Assembly: GCA_043228905.1 (NCBI GenBank)
Contig: JBHGNT010000044.1
Location: forward strand, 62,001-126,000
Origin: Azolla caroliniana
Taxonomy: Eukaryota; Plantae; Polypodiophyta
Direction: 5' to 3'
DNA length: 64,000 nt
Below are positions 26,101 through 39,873 of this stretch, piece after piece. The notes beneath the pieces are model-generated. The model saw only the letters and a program-made list of their open reading frames with translations, was not told the DNA's origin and did not search any database. A program made the translations under genes and the position numbers. Within the stretch, counting starts at the first letter, position 1; each line of letters starts with the position of its first letter.

Positions 26101-29100
26101 TTGTGTTCAAACATGCGAATCGAAGCTAACAACGCTAGCTATGATATGGAATTAAAAACTCAAGATTTTTAAACTCGGGTCAAGAGACATGACGAAATTA
26201 CCAAATTTGAGGAGGGAGTTGAGAAGAGCCCTGGACTAAATTAAAATGTTCATACCTGGCTCGTGTGATATCGGATTTTTGTGTTCATACATGCGAATCG
26301 AAGCTAACAATGCTAGCTACGATATGGAATTAAAAAATCAAGATTTTTAAACTCGGGTCAAGAGACATGACGAAATTACCAAATTTGAGGAGGGAGTTGA
26401 GAAGAGCCCTTGACTAATTTAAAATGTTCATACCTGGCTCGTGTGATATCGTATTTTTGTGTTCAAACATGCGAATCGAAGCTAACAACGCTTGCTATGA
26501 TATGGAATTAAAAACTCAATATTTTTAAACTCGGGTCAAGAGACATGAAGAAATTAGCAAACTTGAGGAGGGAGTTGAGAGGAGCCCTTGAGTAAATTAA
26601 AATGTTCAGACGTGGCTCGTGTGATATCGGATTTTTGTGTTCAAACATGCGAATCGAAGCTAACATTGCTAGCTATGATATGGAATTAAAAAATCAAGAT
26701 TTTGAAACTCAGGACGAGAGACATGATGAAAATAGAAAACTTGAGGAGGGGGTTGAGAGGAGCCCTTGAGTAAATTAAAATGTTCATACCTGGCTCGTGT
26801 GATATCGGATTTTTGTGTTCAAACATGCGAATCGAAACTAACAATGCTAGCTACGACATGGAATTAAAAAATCAAGATTTTGAGACTCAGGACGAGAGAC
26901 ATGATGAAAATAGAAAACTTGGGGAGGGAGTTGAGAGGAGCCCTTGAGTAAATTAAAATGTTCATACCTGGCTCGTGTGGTATCGGAGTTTTGTGTTCAA
27001 ACATGCGAATCGAAGCTAACAACACTAGCTATGATATGGAATTAAAAAATCAAGATTTTGAAACTCAGGTCAAGAGACATGAAGAAATTAGCAAACTTGA
27101 GGACTGAGTTGAGAAGACCTAGTAGGTAAATTAAAATGTTCATACCTGGCTCGTGTGATATCGGATTTTTGTGTTCAAACATGCGAATCGAAACTAACAA
27201 TGCTAGCTACGACATGGAATTAAAAAATCAAGATTTTGAGACTCAGGACGAGAGACATGATGAAAATAGAAAACTTGGGGAGGGAGTTGAGAGGAGCCCT
27301 TGAGTAAATTAAAATGTTCATACCTGGCTCGTGTGGTATCGGATTTTTGTGTTCAAACATGCGAATCGAAGCTAACAACACTAGCTATGATATGGAATTA
27401 AAAAATCAAGATTTTGAAACTCAGGTCAAGAGACATGAAGAAATTAGCAAACTTGAGGACTGAGTTGAGAAGACCTAGTAGGTAAATTAAAATGTTCATA
27501 CCTGGCTCGTGTGATATCGGATTTTTGTGTTCAAACATGCGAATCGAAGCTAACAACGCTAGCTATGATATGGAATTAAAAACTCAAGATTTTTAAACTC
27601 GGGTCAAGAGACATGACGAAATTACCAAATTTGAGGAGGGAGTTGAGAAGAGCCCTTGACTAAATTAAAATGTTCATACCTGGCTCGTGTGATATCGGAT
27701 TTTTGTGTTCATACATGCGAATCGAAGCTAACAATGCTAGCTACGATATGGAATTAAAAACTCAAGATTTTGAAACTCAGGACGAGAGACATGATGAAAA
27801 TAGAAAACATGGGGAGGGAGTTGAGAGGAGCCCTTGAGTAAATTAAAATGTTCATACCTGGCTCGTGTGCTATCGGATTTTTGTGTTCAAACATGCAAAT
27901 CGAAGCTAACAACGCTAGCTATCATATGGAATTAAAAAATCAAGATTTTGACACTCAAGTCAAGAGACATGAAGAAATTAGCAAACTTGAGGAGTGAGTT
28001 GAGAACACCTAGTAGGTAAAATTAAAATGTTCATACCTGGCTCGTGTGATATCGGATTTTTGTGTTCAAACATGCGAATCGAAGCTAACAATGCTAGCTA
28101 CGATGTGGAATTAAAAAATCAAGATTTTGAAACTCAAAACGAGAGACATGATGAAAATAGAAAACTTGGGGAGGGAGTTGAGAGGAGCCCTTGAGTAAAT
28201 TAAAATGTTCATACCTGGCTCGTGTGCTATCGGATTTTTGTGTTCATACATGCGAATCGAAGCTAACAATGCTAGCTATGATATGGAATTAATAAATCAA
28301 GATTTTGAAACTCGGGACGAGAGACATGATGAAAATAGAAAACATGGGGAGGGAGTTGAGAGGAGCCCTTGAGTAAATTAAAATGTTCATACCTGGCTCG
28401 TGTGCTATCGGATTTTTGTGTTCAAACATGCGAATCGAAGCTAACAACGCTAGCTATCATATGGAATTAAAAAATCAAGATTTTGACACTCAAGTCAAGA
28501 GACATGAAGAAATTAGCAAACTTGAGGAGTGAGTTGAGAACACCTAGTAGGTAAAATTAAAATGTTCATACCTGGCTCGTGTGATATCGGATTTTTGTGT
28601 TCAAACATGCGAATCGAAGCTAACAATGCTAGCTACGATGTGGAATTAAAAAATCAAGATTTTGAAACTCAAAACGAGAGACATGATGAAAATAGAAAAC
28701 TTGGGGAGGGAGTTGAGAGGAGCCCTTGAGTAAATTAAAATGTTCATACCTGGCTCGTGTGGTATCGGATTTTTGTGTTCAAACATGCGAATCGAAGCTA
28801 ACAACGCTAGCTATGATATGGAATTAAAAAATCAAGATTTTGAAACTCAGGTCAAGAGACATGAAGAAATTAGCAAACTTGAGGACTGAGTTGAGAAGAC
28901 CTAGTAGGTAAATTAAAATGTTCATACCTGGCTCGTGTGATATCGGATTTTTGTGTTCAAACATGCGCATCGAAACTAACAATGCTAGCTACGACATGGA
29001 ATTAAAAAATCAAGATTTTGAGACTCAGGACGAGAGACATGATGAAAATAGAAAACTTGGGGAGGGAGTTGAGAGGAGCCCTTGAGTAAATTAAAATGTT

Positions 29101-32100
29101 CATACCTGGCTCGTGTGGTATCGGATTTTTGTGTTCAAACATGCGAATCGAAGCTAACAACGCTAGCTATGATATGGAATTAAAAAATCAAGATTTTTAA
29201 ACTCAGGTCAAGAGACATGAAGAAATTAGCAAACTTGAGGACTGAGTTGAGAAGACCTAGTAGGTAAATTAAAATGTTCATACCTGGCTCGTGTGATATC
29301 GGATTTTTGTGTTCAAACATGCGAATCGAAGCTAACAACGCTAGCTATGATATGGAATTAAAAACTCAAGATTTTTAAACTCGGGTCAAGAGACATGACG
29401 AAATTACCAAATTTGAGGAGGGAGTTGAGAAGAGCCCTGGACTAAATTAAAATGTTCATACCTGGCTCGTGTGATATCGGATTTTTGTGTTCATACATGC
29501 GAATCGAAGCTAACAACGCTAGCTACGATATGGAATTAAAAAATCAAGATTTTTAAACTCGGGTCAAGAGACATGACGAAATTACCAAATTTGAGGAGGG
29601 AGTTGAGAAGAGCCCTTGACTAATTTAAAATGTTCATACCTGGCTCGTGTGATATCGTATTTTTGTGTTCAAACATGCGAATCGAAGCTAACAACGCTTG
29701 CTATGATATGGAATTAAAAAATCAAGATTTTGAAACTCAGGTCGAGAGACATGATGAAAATAGAAAACTTGAGGAGGGGGTTGAGAGGAGCCCTTGAGTA
29801 AATTAAAATGTTCATACCTGGCTCGTGTGATATCGGATTTTTGTGTTCAAACATGCGCATCGAAACTAACAATGCTAGCTACGACATGGAATTAAAAAAT
29901 CAAGATTTTGAGACTCAGGACGAGAGACATGATGAAAATAGAAAACTTGGGGAGGGAGTTGAGAGGAGCCCTTGAGTAAATTAAAATGTTCATACCTGGC
30001 TCGTGTGGTATCGGATTTTTGTGTTCAAACATGCGAATCGAAGCTAACAACGCTAGCTATGATATGGAATTAAAAAATCAAGATTTTTAAACTCAGGTCA
30101 AGAGACATGAAGAAATTAGCAAACTTGAGGACTGAGTTGAGAAGACCTAGTAGGTAAATTAAAATGTTCATACCTGGCTCGTGTGATATCGGATTTTTGT
30201 GTTCAAACATGCGAATCGAAGCTAACAACGCTAGCTATGATATGGAATTAAAAACTCAAGATTTTTAAACTCGGGTCAAGAGACATGACGAAATTACCAA
30301 ATTTGAGGAGGGAGTTGAGAAGAGCCCTTGACTAAATTAAAATGTTCATACCTGGCTCGTGTGATATCGGATTTTTGTGTTCATACATGCGAATCGAAGC
30401 TAACAATGCTAGCTACGATATGGAATTAAAAAATCAAGATTTTGAAACTCGGGTCAAGAGACATGAAGAAATTAGCAAACTTGAGGAGTGAGTTCAGAAG
30501 ACCTACTAGGTAAATTAAAATGTTCATACCTGGCTCCTGTGATATCGGATTTTTGTGTTGAAACATGCGAATCGAAGCTAACAACGCTAGCTATGATATG
30601 GAATTAAAAACTCAAGATTTTTAAACTCGGGTCAAGAGACATGACGAAATTACCAAATTTGAGGAGGGAGTTGAGAAGAGCCCTGGACTAAATTAAAATG
30701 TTCATACCTGGCTCGTGTGATATCGGATTTTTGTGTTCATACATGCGAATCGAAGCTAACAATGCTAGCTACGATATGGAATTAAAAAATCAAGATTTTT
30801 AAACTCGGGTCAAGAGACATGACGAAATTACCAAATTTGAGGAGGGAGTTGAGAAGAGCACTTGACTAATTTAAAATGTTCATACCTGGCTCGTGTGATA
30901 TCGTATTTTTGTGTTCAAACATGCGAATCGAAGCTAACAACGCTTGCTATGATATGGAATTAAAAACTCAATATTTTTAAACTCGGGTCAAGAGACATGA
31001 AGAAATTAGCAAACTTGAGGAGGGAGTTGAGAGGAGGCCTTGAGTAAATTAAAATGTTCATACGTGGCTCGTGTGATATCGGATTTTTGTGTTCAAACAT
31101 GCGAATCGAAGCTAACATTGCTAGCTATGATATGGAATTAAAAAATCAAGATTTTGAAACTCAGGTTGAGAGACATGATGAAAATAGAAAACTTGAGGAG
31201 GGGGTTGAGAGGAGCCCTTGAGTAAATTAAAATGTTCATACCTGGCTCGTGTGATATCGGATTTTTGTGTTCAAACATGCGAATCGAAACTAACAATGCT
31301 AGCTACGACATGGAATTAAAAAATCAAGATTTTGAGACTCAGGACGAGAGACATGATGAAAATAGAAAACTTGGGGAGGGAGTTGAGAGGAGCCCTTGAG
31401 TAAATTAAAATGTTCATACCTGGCTCGTGTGGTATCGGATTTTTGTGTTCAAACATGCGAATCGAAGCTAACAACACTAGCTATGATATGGAATTAAAAA
31501 ATCAAGATTTTGAAACTCAGGTCAAGAGACATGAAGAAATTAGCAAACTTGAGGACTGAGTTGAGAAGACCTAGTAGGTAAATTAAAATGTTCATACCTG
31601 GCTCGTGTGATATCGGATTTTTGTGTTCAAACATGCGAATCGAAGCTAACAATGCTAGCTACGATGTGGAATTAAAAAATCAAGATTTTGAAACTCAAAA
31701 CGAGAGACATGATGAAAATAGAAAACTTGGGGAGGGAGTTGAGAGGAGCCCTTGAGTAAATTAAAATGTTCATACCTGGCTCGTGTGCTATCGGATTTTT
31801 GTTTTCAAACATGCGAATCGAGGCTAACAACGCTAGCTATCATATGGAATTAAAAACTCAAGATTTTTAAACTCGGGTCAAGAGACATGACGAAATTACC
31901 AAATTTGAGGAGGGAGTTGAGAAGAGCCCTTGACTAATTTAAAATGTTCATACCTGGCTCGTGTGATATCGTATTTTTGTGTTCAAACATGCGAATCGAA
32001 GCTAACAACGCTTGCTATGATATGGAATTAAAAACTCAATATTTTTAAACTCGGGTCAAGAGACATGAAGAAATTAGCAAACTTGAGGAGGGAGTTGAGA

Positions 32101-33772
32101 GGAGCCCTTGAGTAAATTAAAATGTTCATACGTGGCTCGTGTGATATCGGATTTTTGTGTTCAAACATGCGCATCGAAGCTAACAACGCTAGCTATCATA
32201 TGGAATTAAAAAATCAAGATTTTGAAACTCAGGTCAAGAGACATGAAGAAATTAGCAAACTTGAGGACTGAGTTGAGAAGACCTAGTAGGTAAATTAAAA
32301 TGTTCATACCTGGCTCGTGTGATATCGGATTTTTGTGTTCAAACATGCGAATCGAAGCTAACAACGCTAGCTATGATATGGAATTAAAAACTCAAGATTT
32401 TTAAACTCGGGTCAAGAGACATGACGAAATTACCAAATTTGAGGAGGGACTTGAGAAGAGCCCTTGACTAAATTAAAATGTTCATACCTGGCTCGTGTGA
32501 TATCGGATTTTTGTGTTCATACATGCGAATCGAAGCTAACAATGCTAGCTACGATATGGAATTAAAAAATCAAGATTTTGAAACTCAGGTCAAGAGACAT
32601 GAAGAAATTACCAAACTTGAGGACTGAGTTGAGAAGACCTAGTAGGTAAATTAAAATCTTCATTCCTGGCTCGTATGGTATCGGTTTTTTGTGTTCAAAC
32701 ATGCGAATCGAAGCTAACAACGCTAGCTATGATATAGAATTAAAAAATCAAGATTTTGAAACTCAGGTCCAGAGACATGATGAAAATAGAAAACCTTAGG
32801 ACGGGGTTGAGAGGAGCCCTTGAGTAAATTAAAATGTTCTTACCTGGCTCGTGTGATATCGGATTTTTGTGGTCAAACATGCGAATCGAAGCTAACAACG
32901 TTAGCTATGATATGGAATTAAAAAATCAAGATTTTGAAACTCGGGTCAAGAGACATGAAGAAATTAGCAAACTTGAGGAGTGAGTTGAGAAGACCTACTA
33001 GGTAAATTAAAATGTTCATACCTGGCTCGTGTGATATCGGATTTTTGTGTTCAAACATGCGAATCGAAGCTAACAACGCTAGCTATGATATGGAATTAAA
33101 AACTCAAGATTTTTAAACTCGGGTCAAGAGACATGACGAAATTACCAAATTTGAGGAGGGAGTTGAGAAGAGCCCTGGACTAAATTAAAATGTTCATACC
33201 TGGCTCGTGTGATATCGGATTTTTGTGTTCATACATGCGAATCGAAGCTAACAATGCTAGCTACGATATGGAATTAAAAAATCAAGATTTTTAAACTCGG
33301 GTCAAGAGACATGACGAAATTACCAAATTTGAGGAGGGAGTTGAGAAGAGCCCTTGACTAATTTAAAATGTTCATACCTGGCTCGTGTGATATCGTATTT
33401 TTGTGTTCAAACATGCGAATCGAAGCTAACAACGCTTGCTATGATATGGAATTAAAAACTCAATATTTTTAAACTCGGGTCAAGAGACATGAAGAAATTA
33501 GCAAACTTGAGGAGGGAGTTGAGAGGAGCCCTTGAGTAAATTAAAATGTTCAGACGTGGCTCGTGTGATATCGGATTTTTGTGTTCAAACATGCGAATCG
33601 AAGCTAACATTGCTAGCTATGATATGGAATTAAAAAATCAAGATTTTGAAACTCAGGACGAGAGACATGATGAAAATAGAAAACTTGAGGAGGGGGTTGA
33701 GAGGAGCCCTTGAGTAAATTAAAATGTTCATACCTGGCTCGTGTGATATCGGATTTTTGTGTTCAAACATGC
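20182..33772 (+). repeat. 39-monomer near-identical duplication (period 6944 bp)
   Basis: Rare SNPs at constant offset 6944: gcaaatc 20951/27895, gttttc 24857/31801, gggactt 25506/32450, aatctt 25714/32658, cagacg 26609/33553. Confidence 0.93.
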
Positions 33773-35300
33773 GCATCGAAACTAACAATGCTAGCTACGA
33801 CATGGAATTAAAAAATCAAGATTTTGAGAATCAGGACGAGAGACATGATGAAAATAGAAAACTTGGGGAGGGAGTTGAGAGGAGCCCTTGAGTAAATTAA
33901 AATGTTCATACCTGGCTCGTGTGGTATCGGATTTTTGTGTTCAAACATGCGAATCGAAGCTAACAACGCTAGCTATGATATGGAATTAAAAAATCAAGAT
34001 TTTGAAACTCAGGTCAAGAGACATGAAGAAATTAGCAAACTTGAGGACTGAGTTGAGAAGACCTAGTAGGTAAATTAAAATGTTCATACCTGGCTCGTGT
34101 GATATCGGATTTTTGTGTTCAAACATGCGAATGGAAGCTAACAACGCTAGCTATGATATGGAATTAAAAACTCAAGATTTTTAATCTCGGGTCAAGAGAC
34201 ATGACGAAATTACCAAATTTGAGGAGGGAGTTGAGAAGAGCCCTGGACTAAATTAAAATGTTCATACCTGGCTCGTGTGATATCGGATTTTTGTGTTCAT
34301 ACATGCGAATCGAAGCTAACAATGCTAGCTACGATATGGAATTAAAAAATCAAGATTTTTAAACTCGGGTCAAGAGACATGACGAAATTACCAAATTTGA
34401 GGAGGGAGTTGAGAAGAGCCCTTGACTAATTTAAAATGTTCATACCTGGCTCGTGTGATATCGTATTTTTGTGTTCAAACATGCGAATCGAAGCTAACAA
34501 CGCTTGCTATGATATGGAATTAAAAACTCAATATTTTTAAACTCGGGTCAAGAGACATGAAGAAATTAGCAAACTTGAGGAGGGAGTTGAGAGGAGCCCT
34601 TGAGTAAATTAAAATGTTCAGACGTGGCTCGTGTGATATCGGATTTTTGTGTTCAAACATGCGAATCGAAGCTAACATTGCTAGCTATGATATGGAATTA
34701 AAAAATCAAGATTTTGAAACTCAGGTCGAGAGACATGATGAAAATAGAAAACTTGAGGAGGGTGTTGAGAGGAGCCCTTGAGTAAATTAAAATGTTCATA
34801 CCTGGCTCGTGTGATATCGGATTTTTGTGTTCAAACATGCGCATCGAAACTAACAATGCTAGCTACGACATGGAATTAAAAAATCAAGATTTTGAGACTC
34901 AGGACGAGAGACATGATGAAAATAGAAAACTTGGGGAGGGAGTTGAGAGGAGCCCTTGAGTAAATTAAAATGTTCATACCTGGCTCGTGTGGTATCGGAT
35001 TTTTGTGTTCAAACATGCGAATCGAAGCTAACAACGCTAGCTATGATATGGAATTAAAAAATCAAGATTTTGAAACTCAGGTCAAGAGACATGAAGAAAT
35101 TAGCAAACTTGAGGACTGAGTTGAGAAGACCTAGTAGGTAAATTAAAATGTTCATACCTGGCTCGTGTGATATCGGATTTTTGTGTTCAAACATGCGAAT
35201 CGAAGCTAACAACGCTAGCTATGATATGGAATTAAAAACTCAAGATTTTTAAACTCGGGTCAAGAGACATGACGAAATTACCAAATTTGAGGAGGGAGTT
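33002..35300 (+). repeat. 6-monomer tandem duplication (1068 bp x2)
   Basis: 'ttcagacgtgg' at 33553 and 34621 (offset 1068=6x178); order B,B',D,A,A,C is repeated. Confidence 0.8.
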
Positions 35301-38300
35301 GAGAAGAGCCCTTGACTAAATTAAAATGTTCATACCTGGCTCGTGTGATATCGGATTTTTGTGTTCATACATGCGAATCGAAGCTAACAATGCTAGCTAC
35401 GATATGGAATTAAAAAATCAAGATTTTGAAACTCGGGTCAAGAGACATGAAGAAATTAGCAAACTTGAGGAGTGAGTTGAGAAGACCTACTAGGTAAATT
35501 AAAATGTTCATACCTGGCTCGTGTGATATCGGATTTTTGTGTTCAAACATGCGAATCGAAGCTAACAACGCTAGCTATGATATGGAATTAAAAACTCAAG
35601 ATTTTTAAACTCGGGTCAAGAGACATGACGAAATTACCAAATTTGAGGAGGGAGTTGAGAAGAGCCCTTGACTAATTTAAAATGTTCATACCTGGCTCGT
35701 GTGATATCGTATTTTTGTGTTCAAACATGCGAATCGAAGCTAACAACGCTTGCTATGATATGGAATTAAAAACTCAATATTTTTAAACTCGGGTCAAGAG
35801 ACATGAAGAAATTAGCAAACTTGAGGAGGGAGTTGAGAGGAGCCCTTGAGTAAATTAAAATGTTCATACGTGGCTCGTGTGATATCGGATTTTTGTGTTC
35901 AAACATGCGCATCGAAGCTAACAACGCTAGCTATCATATGGAATTAAAAAATCAAGATTTTGAAACTCAGGTCAAGAGACATGAAGAAATTAGCAAACTT
36001 GAGGACTGAGTTGAGAAGACCTAGTAGGTAAATTAAAATGTTCATACCTGGCTCGTGTGATATCGCATTTTTGTGTTCAAACATGCGAATCGAAGCTAAC
36101 AACGCTAGCTATGATATGGAATTAAAAACTCAAGATTTTTAAACTCGGGTCAAGAGACATGACGAAATTACCAAATTTGAGGAGGGAGTTGAGAAGAGCC
36201 CTTGACTAAATTAAAATGTTCATACCTGGCTCGTGTGATATCGGATTTTTGTGTTCATACATGCGAATCGAAGCTAACAATGCTAGCTACGATATGGAAT
36301 TAAAAAATCAAGATTTTGAAACTCAGGTCAAGAGACATGAAGAAATTACCAAACTTGAGGACTGAGTTGAGAAGACCTAGTAGGTAAATTAAAATGTTCA
36401 TTCCTGGCTCGTATGGTATCGGTTTTTTGTGTTCAAACATGCGAATCGAAGCTAACAACGCTAGCTATGATATAGAATTAAAAAATCAAGATTTTGAAAC
36501 TCAGGTCCAGAGACATGATGAAAATAGAAAACCTTAGGACGGGGTTGAGAGGAGCCCTTGAGTAAATTAAAATGTTCTTACCTGGCTCGTGTGATATCGG
36601 ATTTTTGTGGTCAAACATGCGAATCGAAGCTAACAACGTTAGCTATGATATGGAATTAAAAAATCAAGATTTTGAAACTCGGGTCAAGAGACATGAAGAA
36701 ATTAGCAAACTTGAGGAGTGAGTTGAGAAGACCTACTAGGTAAATTAAAATGTTCATACGTGGCTCGTGTGATATCGGATTTTTGTGTTCAAACATGCGC
36801 ATCGAAGCTAACAACGCTAGCTATCATATGGAATTAAAAAATCAAGATTTTGAAACTCAGGTCAAGAGACATGAAGAAATTAGCAAACTTGAGGACTGAG
36901 TTGAGAAGACCTAGTAGGTAAATTAAAATGTTCATACCTGGCTCGTGTGATATCGGATTTTTGTGTTCAAACATGCGAACCGAAGCTAACAATGCTAGCT
37001 ACGATATGGAATTAAAAAATCAAGATTCTGAAACTCAGGACGAGAGACATGATGAAAATACAAAACTTGGGGAGGGAGTTGAGACGAGCCCTTGAGTAAA
37101 TTAATATGTTCATACCTGGCTCGTGTGGTATCGGATTTTTGTGTTCAAACATGCGAATTGAAGCTAACAACGCTAGCTAACATATGGAATTAAAAACTCA
37201 AGATTTTGATACTCAGGTCAAGAGACATGAAGAAATTAGCAAACTTGAGGAGTGAGTTGAGAAGACCTAGTAGGTAAAATTAAAATGTTCATACCTGGCT
37301 CGTGTGATATCGGATTTTTGTGTTCAAACATGCGAATCGAAGCTAACAACGCTAGCTATAATATGGAATTACAAAATCAAGATTTTGACACTCAAGTCAA
37401 GAGACATGAAGAAATTAGCAAACTTGAGGAGTGAGTTGAGAAGACCTAGTAGGTAAATTAAAATGTTCATACCTGGCTCGTGTGATATCGGATTTTTGTG
37501 TTCAAACTAGCGAATCGAAGCTAACAACGCTAGCTATCATATGGAATTAAAAAATCAAGATTTCAAACTCAGGTCAAGAGATATGAAGAAATTAGCAAAC
37601 TTGAGGAGGGAGTTGAGAGGAGCCCTTGAGTAAATTAAAATGTTCATACCTGGCTCGTGTGATATCGGATTTTTGTGTTCAAACATGCGAATCGAAGCTA
37701 ACAACGCTAGCTATGATATGGAATTAAAAACTCAAGATTTTTAAACTCGGGTCAAGAGACATGACGAAATTACCAAATTTGAGGAGGGAGTTGAGAAGAG
37801 CCCTTGACTAAATTAAAATGTTCATACCTGGCTCGTGTGATATCGGATATTTGTGTTCAAACATGCGAACCGAAGCTAACAATGCTAGCTACGATATGGA
37901 ATTAAAAAATCAAGATTCTGAAACTCAGGACGAGAGACATGATGAAAATACAAAACTTGGGGAGGGAGTTGAGACGAGCCCTTGAGTAAATTAATATGTT
38001 CATACCTGGCTCGTGTGGTATCGGATTTTTGTGTTCAAACATGCGAATCGAAGCTAACAACGCTAGCTAACTTATTGAATTAAAAACTCAAGATTTTGAT
38101 ACTCAGGTCAAGAGACATGAAGAAATTAGCAAACTTGAGGAGTGAGTTGAGAAGACCTAGTAGGTAAAATTAAAATGTTCATACCTGGCTCGTGTGATAT
38201 CGGATTTTTGTGTTCAAACATGCGAATCGAAGCTAACAACGCTAGCTATGATATGGAATTAAAAACTCAAGATTTTGACACTCAAGTCAAGAGACATGAC

Positions 38301-39873
38301 GAAATTACCAAATTTGAGGAGGGAGTTGAGAAGAGCCCTTGACTAAATTAAAATGTTCATACCTGGCTCGTGTGATATCGGATTTTTGTGTTCATACATG
38401 CGAATCGAAGCTAACAATGCTAGCTACGATATGGAATTAAAAAATCAAGATTTTGAAACTCAGGTCAAGAGACATGAAGAAATTACCAAACTTGAGGACT
38501 GAGTTGAGAAGACCTAGTAGGTAAATTAAAATGTTCATTCCTGGCTCGTATGGTATCGTTTTTTTGTGTTCAAACATGCGAATCGAAGCTAACAACGCTA
38601 GCTATGATATAGAATTAAAAAATCAAGATTTTGAAACTCAGGTCCAGAGACATGATGAAAATAGAAAACCTTAGGACGGGGTTGAGAGGAGCCCTTGAGT
38701 AAATTAAAATGTTCTTACCTGGCTCGTGTGATATCGGATTTTTGTGGTCAAACATGCGAATCGAAGCTAACAACGTTAGCTATGATATGGAATTAAAAAC
38801 TCAAGATTTATAAACTCGGGTCAAGAGACATGACGAAAATAGAAAACCTTAGGACGGGGTTGAGAGGAGCCCTTGAGTAAATTAAAATGTTCTTACCTGG
38901 CTCGTGTGATATCGGATTTTTGTGGTCAAACATGCGAATCGAAGCTAACAACGTTAGCTATGATATGGAATTAAAAAATCAAGATTTTGAAACTCGGGTC
39001 AAGAGACATGAAGAAATTAGCAAACTTGAGGAGTGAGTTGAGAAGACCTACTAGGTAAATTAAAATGTTCATACGTGGCTCGTGTGATATCGGATTTTTG
39101 TGTTCAAACATGCGCATCGAAGCTAACAACGCTAGCTATCATATGGAATTAAAAAATCAAGATTTTGAAACTCAGGTCAAGAGACATGAAGAAATTAGCA
39201 AACTTGAGGACTGAGTTGAGAAGACCTAGTAGGTAAATTAAAATGTTCATACCTGGCTCGTGTGATATCGGATTTTTGTGTTCAAACATGCGAATCGAAG
39301 CTAACAACGCTAGCTATGATATGGAATTAAAAACTCAAGATTTTTAAACTCGGGTCAAGAGACATGACGAAATTACCAAATTTGAGGAGGGAGTTGAGAA
39401 GAGCCCTTGACTAAATTAAAATGTTCATACCTGGCTCGTGTGATATCGGATTTTTGTGTTCATACATGCGAATCGAAGCTAACAATGCTAGCTACGATAT
39501 GGAATTAAAAAATCAAGATTTTGAAACTCAGGTCAAGAGACATGAAGAAATTAGCAAACTTGAGGACTGAGTTGAGAAGACCTAGTAGGTAAATTAAAAT
39601 GTTCATACCTGGCTCGTGTGATATCGGATTTTTGTGTTCAAACATGCGAATCGAAGCTAACAACGCTAGCTATGATATGGAATTAAAAACTCAAGATTTT
39701 CAAACTCGGGTCAAGAGACATGACGAAATTACCAAATTTGAGGAGGGAGTTGAGAAGAGCCCTTGACTAAATTAAAATGTTCATACCTGGCTCGTGTGAT
39801 ATCGGATTTTTGTGTTCATACATGCGAATCGAAGCTAACAATGCTAGCTACGATATGGAATTAAAAACTCCAT

